Source: Octopus sinensis (taxonomy: Eukaryota). Taken from it: a DNA stretch of 64,000 nucleotides. Under the pieces are notes generated by a model. That model saw only the letters and a program-made list of their open reading frames with translations, was not told where the DNA came from and searched no databases. The stretch's first letter is position 1. The number at the start of each line of letters is the position of its first letter. Below, piece by piece: positions 63,340 to 64,000 of this stretch. The stretch lies in assembly GCF_006345805.1 (NCBI RefSeq), contig NC_043000.1, positions 134,664,001-134,728,000 of the forward strand. The letters run 5' to 3'. A program made the translations under genes and the position numbers.

Positions 63340-64000
63340 AGCATGGAAAACGGACCAGGTGTGGAAGCAAGGTCTAGAATTGAAGGACCTTAGAGTCAAT
63401 CTAGCAAGAACCAAAGTCTTAGTAAGTAGGAAGGCAGACAAATCACAAATTCCTTCAGGTAGATGGCCCTGCTCAATCTGTAGAAAAGGCATAGGTAGAA
63501 ACTCCATAAGAATGTACCTGGTGTAAGCCATGGACACATAAGAGGTGTAGCAATATCAAAGGAAGGTTAAGTGGGAAGTTAGTTTTTTGTGTGTGGCAGA
63601 TGCACAGGGGTAATAAACACCAATGATGTACAGAAAACAGATCCCAACACATGCCACTAGAAGTAGTTGATAGCTTCCATTACATAGGTGACCAAGTCAG
63701 TAGTGGGGGTGGTGGATGTTCTGAGAGCATAGCTACTAGAATACTTCTGCTGATAACAAAAGGCCTCTCACTCAGGATGCAAGGTAGACTGTATGATGCA
63801 TGTGTGCGAACTGCCATGCTACACGGCAGTGAAACATGGGCCATGACTACTGAGGACATGCGTAGGCTTGAAAGAAATGAAGCTAGTATGCTCTGCTGGA
63901 TGTGTAATGTCAGTGTGCATACATGACAGTGTAAGTACCTTGAAAGAAAGGTTGGACATAAGCATCAGATGTGGTGTGCAAGAGAGACTGCTGGTATGGT
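63340..64000 (+). mobile_element. RTE-clade LINE ORF2 remnant, same family as 14180-15500
   Basis: ORF 63651-63926 GRLYDACVRTAMLHGSETWAMT; upstream Cys/His finger. Confidence 0.85.

Overview
AT-rich (eukaryotic) animal genomic DNA, probably cephalopod/Octopus-like. That assignment is an inference from the SINE/LINE repertoire and microsatellite load. The window holds one real protein-coding gene: an STT3B-type oligosaccharyltransferase catalytic subunit on the minus strand. I assembled 16 GT-AG exons by hand (52150 down to stop codon at 5864; 2143 nt = 1 nt + 714 codons including the stop, with every splice phase consistent). The N-terminal exon(s) were not found and probably lie beyond position 64000. 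Everything else is intron or flank packed with mobile DNA: RTE- and CR1/L2-type LINE remnants, more than 20 copies of an RTE-associated short repeat, at least three tRNA-headed SINE families, eight TTAA-flanked piggyBac-like MITEs, three Tc1/mariner-type elements, an AcademX-like remnant and many microsatellites. The most unusual signals are two unrelated small element families carrying degenerate minimal type-I hammerhead ribozyme motifs of the Penelope-associated kind. One is a tRNA-headed ~500-bp palindrome inserted as a single TSD-flanked unit (31646-32147). The other has a G3-C8 swapped catalytic core (6578-6627, 16042-16092). No ribozyme activity is demonstrated. Repeat boundaries are hand-read and approximate unless TSD/TIR coordinates are given.
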